From: the human T2T-CHM13v2.0 reference genome, Homo sapiens
Reading direction: 5' to 3' (one strand)
Length of the DNA: 64,000 nt
Assembly (NCBI RefSeq): GCF_009914755.1
Contig: NC_060929.1
In this document: positions 39,890-52,550 of the stretch, piece by piece
Layout: each line of letters starts with the position of its first letter
Position numbering within the stretch: position 1 is the stretch's first letter
The notes under the pieces: generated by a model
What the model was told of the DNA's origin: nothing
The model's database searches: none
The model's input: the letters and a program-made list of their open reading frames with translations, nothing else
Program-made: the position numbers and the translations under genes

Positions 39890-42572
39890 ATTTAGGTCAT
39901 TGTTAGAATTAGGACTACTTTATTTTCTTAGGGGTTCAAATGGTGGTTTTTTTCTTCTCCTCTTCCCCCCTCTCTTAAAACATTTGGGAAATATTCTCAA
40001 AGCAATAAGTCTCAATTTTTTTTAGCCAACAGAAAACAGTAAGAACCCTGCTTTACATTTTTCCAAATCCAAATGGAAACAATGGATTTGGAAATGAAAG
40101 AGAAGCAATGAAAGAGAAGGTATAAAATAGTTCCAATGGTTTGAGTAGTAATATATTACTTGATCTCTGTTCTGTATTAGACTTTGTCCCCAGTGAAACA
40201 ATTATACAGAAAAACTCCACTAACTTTGTATTCTTTAATTTTCTGTTGTCGCCCTGTCTCTTTCAGCCATGAAATGACTTCTTTTTTTCTTTTCATCAGT
40301 CTCTGTCTCCCATGCCTCACCTCCCTGGCCCATGTTCCAGCTGGCAACAGTTTATGAAGCATGTTGCAGTGTTAATACCTTGTTAAGGCTATTTTAGCTG
40401 TTGGGTCTTTCAGAGGTCAATGTCAGGACTGTTTTACTTTGAACCCTTGATGGGCAGGGTAAAGCTGGGGACATGTCGAACTTCTACCTTCTCACACTGC
40501 AGGAAGCCTTACAGCTGTAGGCATCTCTTCCCATGATGCAGTATTGCTGCAGGCCGTGTAAGCAATTAGAAGTATTCTGCTTCTAGTCAAATAATGAGGG
40601 GGGAGTTTTAAGACTTATTTAAAATTATTAGTGAAGTAGACATGGAATCATTAGGTTTCTTTTATATTTTAAAATTCAGTGCAGCCAAATATAGGTGTTA
40701 AAGACTGGATACATTTTATATCCTTTATTTCTAACAGGTGTCAAACATTGTTGAGTTTGTAACAAAGAAAAGAAAATGAAACATTTTCCTCCAGTTTTAT
40801 TATACTAGCATATTGTTTGACATCATTAGGATGTTTTAGTTTGGCAGTTGATTTTTCAGATTTTAAAAATAACATTTTAAGCATTTTTTTTTGTTTAAAT
40901 GCAGGGTGATTTATTGAAACCATGTTTTGGTTGTTTTGTTCAAGAAACATACATCATTCAGGTCTCTAACTATGAGGAGAGGAAGCAGGGATAAAACATA
41001 TTGGTGGCACAAATCTAATATAATCCAGTTTTATTCCAATTGCCGTGCACCTAATCTCTTTTTATTCCTCCACAAAAATATATGCTGTATGAAGCATACT
41101 TTTTTTCACACTCTTTTTTTGGTTAATTTAAACAGGGAACTTGAGTGGTCAATTTTTCCTCTTGCTTGTAAGGTTAACTATAGGCCAGAACTGTTTGTTT
41201 CTTTAATATTGACTTTGACTGCTGTTGACATTTTTTAAGGTCTATTTCTTTTAATAGTACATAGTTTAAGGAGAAAAATCAAGACTAATTAGTTGTTAAT
41301 GAGAAACGTGTATAATGAGAAACAAATGTAACATTAATGTCATGTACAATGTATGTCTGTGTGGTTTAAGAGGTAGGAACACAACCATTATTCAAAATTA
41401 AGGAATAAAATCATCGTAATAATTACTAGCAGATGTGTTGTAACTTGTATTGCAAGTCAAAGTTTCTTTGTCAGAACAACGTGGTGTAATATTTGATAGT
41501 ATGCAGTTGATATGATTTTTGAAGGCTTTACATATTTTTTTTTACCATTTTTTAAAAATCCATCTGCCTGGCATCTTAGGAGATTGAAAGAGATTTAGGC
41601 TAATATTTTCTTTTCCTTGCAACGTTATTATTCCCTTATCAGCACAGAGATATTTGTTGATACACTCTGACGTCAGATGGGGATGTGGCAGCCTCTTACT
41701 CGGCCAGGTTGCTGTTCTCTCATGGTCTAAGGAGCATCTTGTATGCTGCCCAAATACAAGTTTACAAATTGTATGTTTTCCACTGGAGACTGTTGAATTC
41801 CACTCAGTAGCTGGAATACAATGATCGTATGACCTCCTGGATTCCTGGCATAGAGATGGACTCACTAGTTCTCAGCCTCATGTGCACAGATCCTGTACCA
41901 CTGAGCAACATCTTGGGGTCAAGCAATAACAGAGTTCACTTCAGGGAACTCTGAATGGAGGCCACTCTGAAACATTGACCTTTTAGAATTACGGATGAGC
42001 AGGACTAAATGCCTGAGCTAAGGGTGTTGAGGATATGGGGTTGAGGGCAAGGAAGGGAAGACAGACAGTGAAACTTAATCCGAGCAGGTGTGAGGTTAAA
42101 TACTTGGGCTGTTGAATGGTGTGAACCTTAGAAGATGACAGTGATAAAACCATTTTCTGCTCATCTGTGCATCCATCCATCCATTATTCAGCAAATATTT
42201 ATCATATATATATGTGTTGGAGCAAAAGTTACAGCAAAGAGTAAAACATAGGAAGTTTCTTTTCTCATGAAACTTATGTTCTAGTGGTTAATAATATCTG
42301 ACATTATTGAGGCTCACTATATTCTAAGCACTCTTCTAACTACATATAATATCTCATTTAATTCTTATAACAATCCTTGTAGATTGTTCTAATTAAAACA
42401 GTAATAAGAAACCTCTGTTTCAGATATGACATCACTGATGGTAAAAATGAAAATAACACATTCTTACAGAACACATACTTATACAAAAATATTTTTGATT
42501 ATTTTCAACCAAATACACATTTAAACTACTGAGTTATTTAGATATCAGCATAAGTGTAAGAACACCTTTCTA

Positions 42573-42573
<1 letters not shown>

Positions 42574-42625
<52 letters not shown>
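42574..42625. repeat. (CA)26 microsatellite
   Basis: Uninterrupted CA run. Confidence 0.97.
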
Positions 42626-42628
<3 letters not shown>

Positions 42629-42774
42629 TTAAGTAAGAGGGAGAAAACCCTCTAATATGATATTGAAATTAACCCTGATAAAACAAATGTGTAGGGAAAA
42701 GCAATCATTGGAGTATGTGTGGGAGGGTGTTTTACATTTATGTTAGAGCCAGTTACTAATTTGTTCCTAGTAAA

Positions 42775-42968
42775 GGATACTTTTAAGTATGGATACATGC
42801 ACCATTTGCGTCAGAATCAGCAGGAGTGCTTGCTAAAACTGCCAGTTTGGAGGCATCTCCCTAAGCACAGTGTACCAGAATGACCAGAGGCAAGTCTCAA
42901 GAATCTGCATTTCCCACCAAATCCCTAGGTGATTCTTAATCACACTAACGTTTGAGACCCACGGATGT
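42775..42968. mobile_element. MER5-like MITE
   Basis: tcagaatca...ttgctaaaa...gaatctgcattt...ccctaggtgattct...gtttgagaccca. Confidence 0.65.
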
Positions 42969-43426
42969 AGAATGTTATTTCACAGTCTCATATCTCAGAT
43001 GGTCTCTATTTGAAATTCTTGAAGAGTTATGTTGTCAGCTGGTGAACATCTGTCTAGAATTCTAATACAAGCAATAATAGCGCATAATAACATACAATAT
43101 CCATTAATGTTGAACAGGGTGTCTGTTCCCTGGCATTATGAAACCTAGAATATTGCTTTTCTTTCTATGTGTGTTATGAACTAGTAGCATAAATCTCAAT
43201 TTTTGTCTTACTGCATTTCTGATGGCTGTTCTTCCATTTATCATATTCAATGCTTTAGTTCCTTTGCTTCCTGCTATTTTATCATGTCCCTGATCTTCTC
43301 TCCAAACTAATTTTTAAAACTTATTTTGAAAATAATTGTTTTTTAGAAGGGTAAGGATAAGTAAATATGTTTTGTCTATGATCAGGCCAGGATCACTAAG
43401 TTATTAGATACATATTTTTTTCTTTT

Positions 43427-43810
43427 TATTGGTCAAGGTGAGAAGTTGAACTTCAGTAACAAACAATTCCAATATCTCAGTGGCTTAACATACACACAGA
43501 GTTTATTTTTCCTTTGTGCTACAAGTCTAACATGGGTGTGTGGGGCTTTGTTTTAAATAGCCTTGAAGGAATATAGGCTATAGGAGACTCTGCTTCCTAT
43601 GAATGCACTGTCTGAAGCACATGGCCTCTTTGACTAGGGCAGGGATGGAGCCTCACACATAGGCTTTTAAATGTTTTGGGCAGGAAGAAGCACATACCAT
43701 TTTTTCTCTTAGACCGTACTAATTGGTCATGGGTCTTTACCTAATAAAAAGGAGGCAGGAAAATGTGGGGAAGCACATGTATATTTGGTAGGCCGTTAAC
43801 ACTTGCCGTA
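43427..43810 (-). mobile_element. MLT1-family LTR
   Basis: cagtaacaaacaattccaatatctcagtggcttaaca...gtttattttt. Confidence 0.6.
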
Positions 43811-44727
43811 TTTTTGGTAACTTTGAATTTTTACTTCAGTCTCACACTGCTTGCTATGAACAAAGCAGATGTGGATTACTGTATTTCATTCACCCAGGAG
43901 GGAGGCAGAAAGAAGACACCTTTGTTAAAAGATATTGTTGCTTGTATCAGGTAGTCTGAAAACAAGTTTCTCTTAAGCCCACAAGTTAGGTGCTACAAAA
44001 AATACCAATAATGAGTAAGCTACAGACGGAGAAAAATCATGCAACAAAAGAGAAACAGAATATTTGACAAAAGAAGACCCAAGTGATAGTTTTTAATCCA
44101 ACAAAAATTTTTGTTTTTAATACATGACAATTCTAAGAAAAGGGCATATTGGATAGGTACTACAAGAAACTTTGAAGACTTTTTTTTTGGTCCAAATTCT
44201 TTTTGTAAGTAATTTATTTGAAAATGTGCCAGGTGCTGTTGAGGGAGCAAAATTTCAGCAGTGAATTAAACAGGAAGTTCCTGCTCTCCTGGAACTCAGG
44301 TTGAAGAGGATAATAATGGCTAACTTGTATTCAGGCCTGCTATAAATACTCCTGTTACTACTTTATGTATGTTATTTCATTTAATCCTTACAACAATTTC
44401 ATGAGGTGTTAGAATTGAAGAGGGACTGCTAAGATGAACTTTGAGGGCACAGACATCTTCCTCTGATGTTTTTATTCCTATGAACCAGTAGTAGGCTTAG
44501 AAATATTAGGTTGAGCTGTATGAAACGATCATTTTTATAGGTAAAATGATTAAATATTGGAATTTTTGTTCAATTTAATTTCAACAGTCAAAATTTTTGG
44601 AAATTATCAGAACCAAAATAGACATGCATCATCATCATCCATCATTACCATGTGAACAGTTAGTGAGTACTTCAGTGTATCAGGGATATTGCACTATGCA
44701 TTTTGCATTTACTTTCTCATTCAGAAT

Positions 44728-44862
44728 ACCCTCTCCATCTCAAGGTCCTTAACTTAATCACATCTGCAAAGTCCCTTTGCCATATGGGGTAACAGAGTCA
44801 CATGTTCCAGAGATTAAGATGTGGACATCTTTGGCAGAGGGGTTGCTATTCTGCCTACCACA
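44728..44862 (-). mobile_element. MLT1B/C LTR fragment within a MIR
   Basis: ccatctcaaggtccttaacttaatcacatctgcaaagtccct...attctgcctaccaca. Confidence 0.75.
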
Positions 44863-45214
44863 CATTCTAATACGGTTCTATGCAGTAGGTACTATCAATA
44901 TTCCTGTTTTGCGATGAGAGAGCACCGGATGAAGAGGTCTGTTTCACTGGCCAAGGTCTTACTGCTGGACAGTGATGGGGCTTGGATGTGGACAAAGCTA
45001 TCTTACTTAAGAAATTGTACCCTACCTATTAAACTAAGGCAGCAAACATTATGTTCTAGATGTTCTACAGTGCTTACATATCCAATAAAACAACTCAATC
45101 CAGCAAGTCAATGCACTTTTTCTGGTAGAACCAAAGGAAGAAGGTCATTCTACTTACAGGTATTTTTTCTGGATCAATTTTTTTTTCTTTTGTGCTTTGG
45201 AGTGTGGCATTTAA

Positions 45215-45558
<344 letters not shown>

Positions 45559-45690
45559 TATAGTTATTCTTTAGGCCCACCTTTATAAAAATCTTTATGC
45601 CCTTCTGCCCAGCTGAGAACACCAGTCAGGCTCATTAATTTCAGAAACAATATGAACTCTGTCCCTTTCTCCTATTCAAATCGAGTATTT

Positions 45691-45995
<305 letters not shown>

Positions 45996-46510
45996 AAATG
46001 GAGTATTTTATATCAAACATACATGTAAATATGTATCCCTATCTCACATATTATAATGTAGATGTGTGTATATATATGTCTGTATACTAATATATAAAAC
46101 TCACACACGCAAACACACATTTCAATCTCTAGTAATAATTGTTAGTTAAGTTAAAACAGAATATATGCTCCTTAGGCATTAACCTGAAGGTCCTATATTA
46201 AAATGATTTTGCAGGGATAAGAAAGAGCATAGTAAAATTTAGTTTAAAATAGAAAAGCAGATAACTGAATTTAAAGTTTTTAAGTTTCAGCCTTGGGAAA
46301 GAAGAATATTATTATGTTTTTAAGTTTCTGCCTTGGGAAAGAAGAATATTATTGCTTTGTATGCCTGAGATGCTAATGAAAAAACCCAGGGAGCCATGTG
46401 AATTAGCAAAGAGATGGTTTCTTACCTTTCTGTACTTAGGTAGTTGGCAAATAGTTGATGCTTAAAAATACTGATGAATGAATCAACTAATGAATATACA
46501 TGAAAACTGA

Positions 46511-46822
<312 letters not shown>

Positions 46823-47048
46823 TAAACGTGTTGAAATACATTTAGATGGAATCAGATTAATATTTTAGATGGAAAACTTGGCAGAAGTGAAAATAAACAA
46901 TAATAAAAAGCAACTCAAATAGGGAGAATAGTAAAGTCATCATTAACTTGGGTGAGAGGTGATAATAACCTAAACCAAGGCAATATTAGTGGACACAGAA
47001 ATAAAAGAGACCAATTCAAATGATACGCAGGACATGGTAATCCATTAA

Positions 47049-47166
47049 CCCATTTATGCCTGAGGTTGCAATTTTTTGAATTTTGAAATCAGGCCTTGGT
47101 GATGACCTTGAGCAGTAACTCCCACATGCTTAGCGTTCCAATAATGGAATACTAGGCATAAATGGG
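47049..47166. mobile_element. MER85 piggyBac (PGBD3-derived) MITE
   Basis: Perfect 13-bp TIRs cccatttatgcct / aggcataaatggg, TTAA on the left and ttttaa on the right, internal palindrome gttccaataatggaa. Confidence 0.9.
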
Positions 47167-49158
47167 TTTTAACGTGGGTGATGGGGAAGAAAGAAAGACA
47201 ATGATGATCCAAAGGTTTCTAGCTCATAGAGTATGTAGAAATTCTGGTAATTAAAATAGAGAGCATAGGGTAGAGAGTATTTTAACTGAAGAGTACAGCT
47301 TTTGAATCAGAATGTTAGAGCAGACCAAACAGGTGCTGAGGCAATCGAATGGGGGAAGTTATCATCAGAAAACAAAAATTTAAGAAGCAGACATTTAGTT
47401 AATATGTAATCAGAAACAATCAGGAGTAGAAACAAATGAAACATTAAATAATTTGTTCTATAGAGCATCTACCAAATTTTTGAAACTAATTTCCTGGGAA
47501 TGAGATAGGTAGGTTTCATTTAAAATGGTTTCAAGTAAATTGAAGATGGTTGAAGGGTAGAATGAATGAAGACCCTGATATGTTGAATATTTCTTTCTTT
47601 TTTTTCTAGACGTACAACAGGTGTCTGGATATGATTCCCATACATTTGTTTGCAGATATGGCAAGTTTCCTTAACCCAGGAAACCTGAACACTTCAAAGC
47701 ACAGAGGAAGCATTTCATCCAGGGCTTATTGTTTCTCTCTAATTAGGGTGTTCAAATTGGTGTCTGGCCTGATACTCCAGGACTTCTCTCCTATTTCAGC
47801 CTTCTTAAAAATAACTAGAAACAGTATTATCTCTAAAAGCTTAACAATGATCCAACAATTCTTTCTAACAACTGAAACCCTCTACTTTTTCTTAGAGTGT
47901 TCAGGAGAAAAATAAACCCTTTGGGACAAAAGAAAGTGAAAGTAATACTTCATTTTAATGTTTAATGCTATTTCTCCTACAGGTCATCAAAATTAAGTTA
48001 AAGCAATAGATTTTAGAGAGTACAAACAGAAGTTCTAGATTCAGAATTGATTTATTTTGTTTTATTGCCATTTAACTATTTAACTTTTTTTAAAAGTGGA
48101 GATGATAAAAATAACTCTGAAAGAATATAGCATAAACCTTAGCATTTATTCAAAAAAGTGTGTGGCTAGAAATTATACATATATGGACATGATTGATATA
48201 TTTCATTTTTATCATAGAAATATAGCAATCCATTTAATACATTTTAATCTAGTTATTTTGGATATGAAACATTGGAAATTAAATATTACTTAAATTCATA
48301 TAAAGTCAGATCGTTGTTATATTGATAGTTATTTCATCTAATACTTTTTTCTTTGAATTAAAAAAATTCCAAAATAATATCCCACTGGTGCCAGATAAAA
48401 AATCTAGAGATATATAAAGGAAAAGATAATGATTTCCACATATGTGTCTATTTCTATCTCCCCTGAAATCAACTACATTAATAGTACAATGTGTGATATT
48501 CTGCATCTTTCTTCATGTCTATGCCAATGTATCAAACATGTATACACTTACTTAGGTTTTTAAATAAGAAAATCTTACTTTACATATTGTCATCACTTTG
48601 CTTTTTTCGTAGACTTCCAGATTAATAAAGTTAAAACATTCCCTTTAGTGGCTGGTTTATATTGCATGGAATGGACATACTACAGTATGTTTAATCATAT
48701 TCCTATAGATGATATTCAAGCTGATTTCAGTTTTCTTTTAACACAAAAGTATCCTTGTACCTATATTCCTATGTTCTGATGCTCGCATTGTTGTCCAATA
48801 TGTTTCCTAAAGTGGAATTTCTGCTTTTAAGAATATTTGAAATTTCACTTTTAATAGGTATTACTAGATTATTTTCTAAGAGCTTTTTAGCATTTTATAT
48901 GGCCTCCATTGCATAGAAAGTACTAGTTTTTCTACATTCTTGGCAGCATGCATTAATATTTTTAACTTTGCCATTTTGACAGGTGGCATCACATGTTTTT
49001 TAAATTTTAATTTCCCGACTATTAGTGAGATTATACACCATTTCATTTGTTTGTTTATAGTTGGAATATGTGCTTCCTAAAATTGCCCACTTTTGTATTG
49101 GCTCTTTTTCATTTATCAGTTTGTACGACTGCTTTCTACTCTCTCAGGCTAGTAATAA

Positions 49159-49298
49159 GTTGTGCACATGTACCCTAGAAATTAAAGTATAATTATATAT
49201 ATATACACACACACATATATATACACACACACACACACACATATATATATACACATATATATGTATATACATATATATATAAACTCAGGAAAAAAAAA
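49159..49298 (+). mobile_element. Extremely 5'-truncated L1PA end (about 35 bp) with a tail converted to a TA/CA microsatellite
   Basis: gttgtgcacatgtaccctagaaattaaagtataat matches the L1PA terminus; followed by (TA)n(CA)n and an A run. Confidence 0.75.
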
Positions 49299-51304
49299 GA
49301 CTTGGCCAACTCTCACTCTTCTCTTACTTGTTGGGAAGAAGATTCTCTGGTCTGAGATTTTTTAGGGTCCAAAGTTAGTCCTCTCATCACAGAGACTGGG
49401 AGCAATTTAGTTTTGTCAAGCAGCTAGCTGTCTTCTAGGACAACTGGGGCCAGTGGGACTGTGCTGCTGGCCCAAGGACTCCACATAGCATGTGCCTAGG
49501 AGGAATTTTCTCTCACTGTTCAGTGGATGAATGGATTCTGTTGACTTTTGCTAACTGTACTCTGTAGAAAAGCCAACAAATTTGAGATCTCTGCCTTGGA
49601 GGAGAAGCTGTTCCTTTTCTTTGTAATTTTTCCCTTGACTGTCATCTGCCTTTTAGAAGGGAGTTTCGATCATGGTCTCCTTGGAGATGTGGATAGAAGT
49701 AGGGATCTCAGAGACATCCCCTAGTCTCTGCCAGTATGCTTGCAGTGGTTGTTGAATTACTCCAGAGGGACTGTAGAAGGCAAGTGTGACAAAGATATTT
49801 GCTGACACTACTTAGATTTTCTGTGTTCAGATTTTAAATTACAGATTTACTTGACTTATAAGGAGAAGTTTTTGAATTTGGGCTTTCAAAATTGTTGTTG
49901 AAATGCTTCTCACTTTGGAATTGTCTAACTAATAAAGTTGTGCAGCCAATATAGTGTAGCAATTAATAATTAGAATTTTGAAAAGAAAGAAATTTAAGAT
50001 CCTAGTGATTTTGCTTGTTAACAGGGCGTCATTTCTTTATAGAATAAACATCATTATTCTTACATTGTAGGATCATTTTTGAAATTGGGAGTTAAATTTT
50101 AAGAAGTTATCTAAGATGCTTAGCAGAATGTCTGATGCATTGTAAAGACCTACTATATAAGAGCTTTAAAAGAATGTTTAAAATTAAACCTGTAAGTGAA
50201 CATTAATATTAAATTAATTTTCTGGTTCTGGTAAGTCTAACTACTGTGATTTCCCTTTACTTAGCAGTTTTCACCATTGCTATTCTAACAAACATCTCTC
50301 CATGTAATTTCTTTACATGTATCAAGGTTTTTCAAGCAGTTTATTCTTTTTCCAACTCTGCAAAAGGGACAGGTTTCCCTTACAATTTTAGAGTTTTCAC
50401 TTAAATTGCATTAAATATAAAATGCACATTTGCTATGGTCTCTGTGGTAATCAATATTTTACTTATTTGATTTTTTTGAGAGAATCCCAATCATAGTTTT
50501 TGAAACTATTTTTAATAGATTAAAATTGGTTTAATAAAAGTAATGTCAGTAACAGACAACTCACTGAATGGAACAATCATAAATGTTTTCCCTCTCCTTT
50601 CGTAAAGGTTTCAGGTAAACCTTGAGTTTAAAGTAAAGACTTAAGCAGCCTTAGGCTCTGCAAATAACAGCTCTAGCAACAAATCAAAGAATGATGTTTA
50701 TGTTCTTCCATAGAAAGATCGTTACCAATTGATCTTTTCAGCAAAACCTACACACGCGAGTAGCTGTAGAATAATTGCAGTAGAATCAGTATACCTTTTG
50801 AAAGTGACCAACAATGTTATTTGATGCGATAAACCATTTGAAGGCATTCTATCTGGAACACATGGAAATATTGAACTTTATTTTGATTATGTATTGGTAA
50901 AAACTCATGTTTTTTTCTTGAAGTTTAATTATTGTGTTTAATTGTGTATTTCATGGTGAAATGTACCAGTAATGACTATCCATGATTCAAGTAAAAGGTA
51001 GTTGATCTTAGAGCTTTTAGACAAAAAGGCTTGCATCTACATCCATTCAATGAGCATTCTTTAAGCACTTCCTGTGCAATAGTTCCTGTGCTAGGTTCTG
51101 GGGATGCAATGATGGAAGACAGAAATGGTCATGGTCCTTGTGAAGTCACAGCTTAGTGGAGGCACCATGTGTTAAACAGATAGTTATAAGAGTAATAAAT
51201 TACAGTTGTGGTAAATGCCATGAAGGGAAAGTATAGACAGAAGGAGAATCAGGGAGACCACTACATGGTTGCCTTAATATTCAGATCTCGCGCAATAGAA
51301 TTCA

Positions 51305-52258
51305 CTGTTATTAACGTATCACCACATTTTACAGTAGATGTCTTGAACTTATTCCTCCTTTCTAACTGAAATTTTGTGTCCTTTGACCAACGTCTCCCTG
51401 CTACAGCCCCCATCCCCTAGCGATCATCATCCTACTATTTGCTGCTATGAGTTCAACTCTTTTAGATTCCACATATAAGTGAGATCATGTGATATCTTTC
51501 TTTCTGTGTCTGTCGTATTTCACTTAGCTTAATGGCCTCCAGGTTCATCCATGTTGTTGCAAATGACAGGTTTTTCTTTTTTTAAGGCTGAATAGTAGTC
51601 CGTTGTATACATATACCACATTTTTGTTATCCATTCATCTGTTGATTAAGTTGATTCTATATCTTGATTATTGTGAATAATGCTGCAATGAGCTCAGGAG
51701 TGCAAATATCTATTCCAGATCCTGATTTCAATTCTTTTGGATAAATACCCAGAGGTAGAACTCTTTGATCACATGCTATTTTTTTTTATTTTTATGGAAA
51801 CCCCATACTGTTTTCCATAATGGATATACTAATTTACACTTCCACAAAGTGTACAAATATTCCCTTTTCTCTACATACTTGTCAACACTTATCTTTTGTC
51901 TTTTTTATAATATCCATCCTGGTGTAAGGTGATAGCTCATTGTAGTTTTTATTCACATTTCCCTGATGATTAGTGATGTGTTGAATGTTTTCATGTACTT
52001 GTTGACTGTTTGGATGTCTTTAGAGAAAGGGCTGCTCAGGTTTGTTTTTTTTTTCCCATTCTAAAAATCAGGTTATTTGTTTTCTTGCTATTGAGTTATT
52101 TGAGTTCGTTATATTTTTTGTATATGAGCTCCTTATCAGATGCATGATTTGCAAATATTTTGTCACATTCTGTAGATTGTCTTTTCTTCTGTTGGCCACT
52201 TCTTTTGCCATGCAGAAGCTTTTTAATTTGATGCGATTTCATTTGTCTATTTTTTTCA
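51305..52258 (-). mobile_element. L1MA-like 3' end
   Basis: tttttagattccacatataagtgagatcatg, aggttcatccatgttgttgcaaatgacagg, tgcagaagctttttaatttgatg. Confidence 0.88.
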
Positions 52259-52324
52259 ATATTGCGAAGTTCCAGATGTGTTATTTGTAACTGGACAAGG
52301 GAAGGAGAGAGGATGTGAAGGGAA

Positions 52325-52550
52325 CTAATGTTTATTGATTCTTTACTATGTGTCATGTACTTTAAATACTCTAATTTAATTTGAATAACAGCTTCAAGAG
52401 AGAGACATCCTTATTACCATTTACACACGAAAAAACTGTGGTGCAGGGAAGTCAGGTTAGCTCTCCCTGCTCTCTCAGCAGCTGTGCGGAGCTGAGCTCA
52501 GACCCCTCTGACCTCACTACTTCCAGTTTCTTTAGCCCTTCTGCTAGATT
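52325..52550 (-). mobile_element. MIR
   Basis: atgtttattga..ttactatgtgtca...ccatttacacacgaaaaaactgtgg. Confidence 0.6.
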
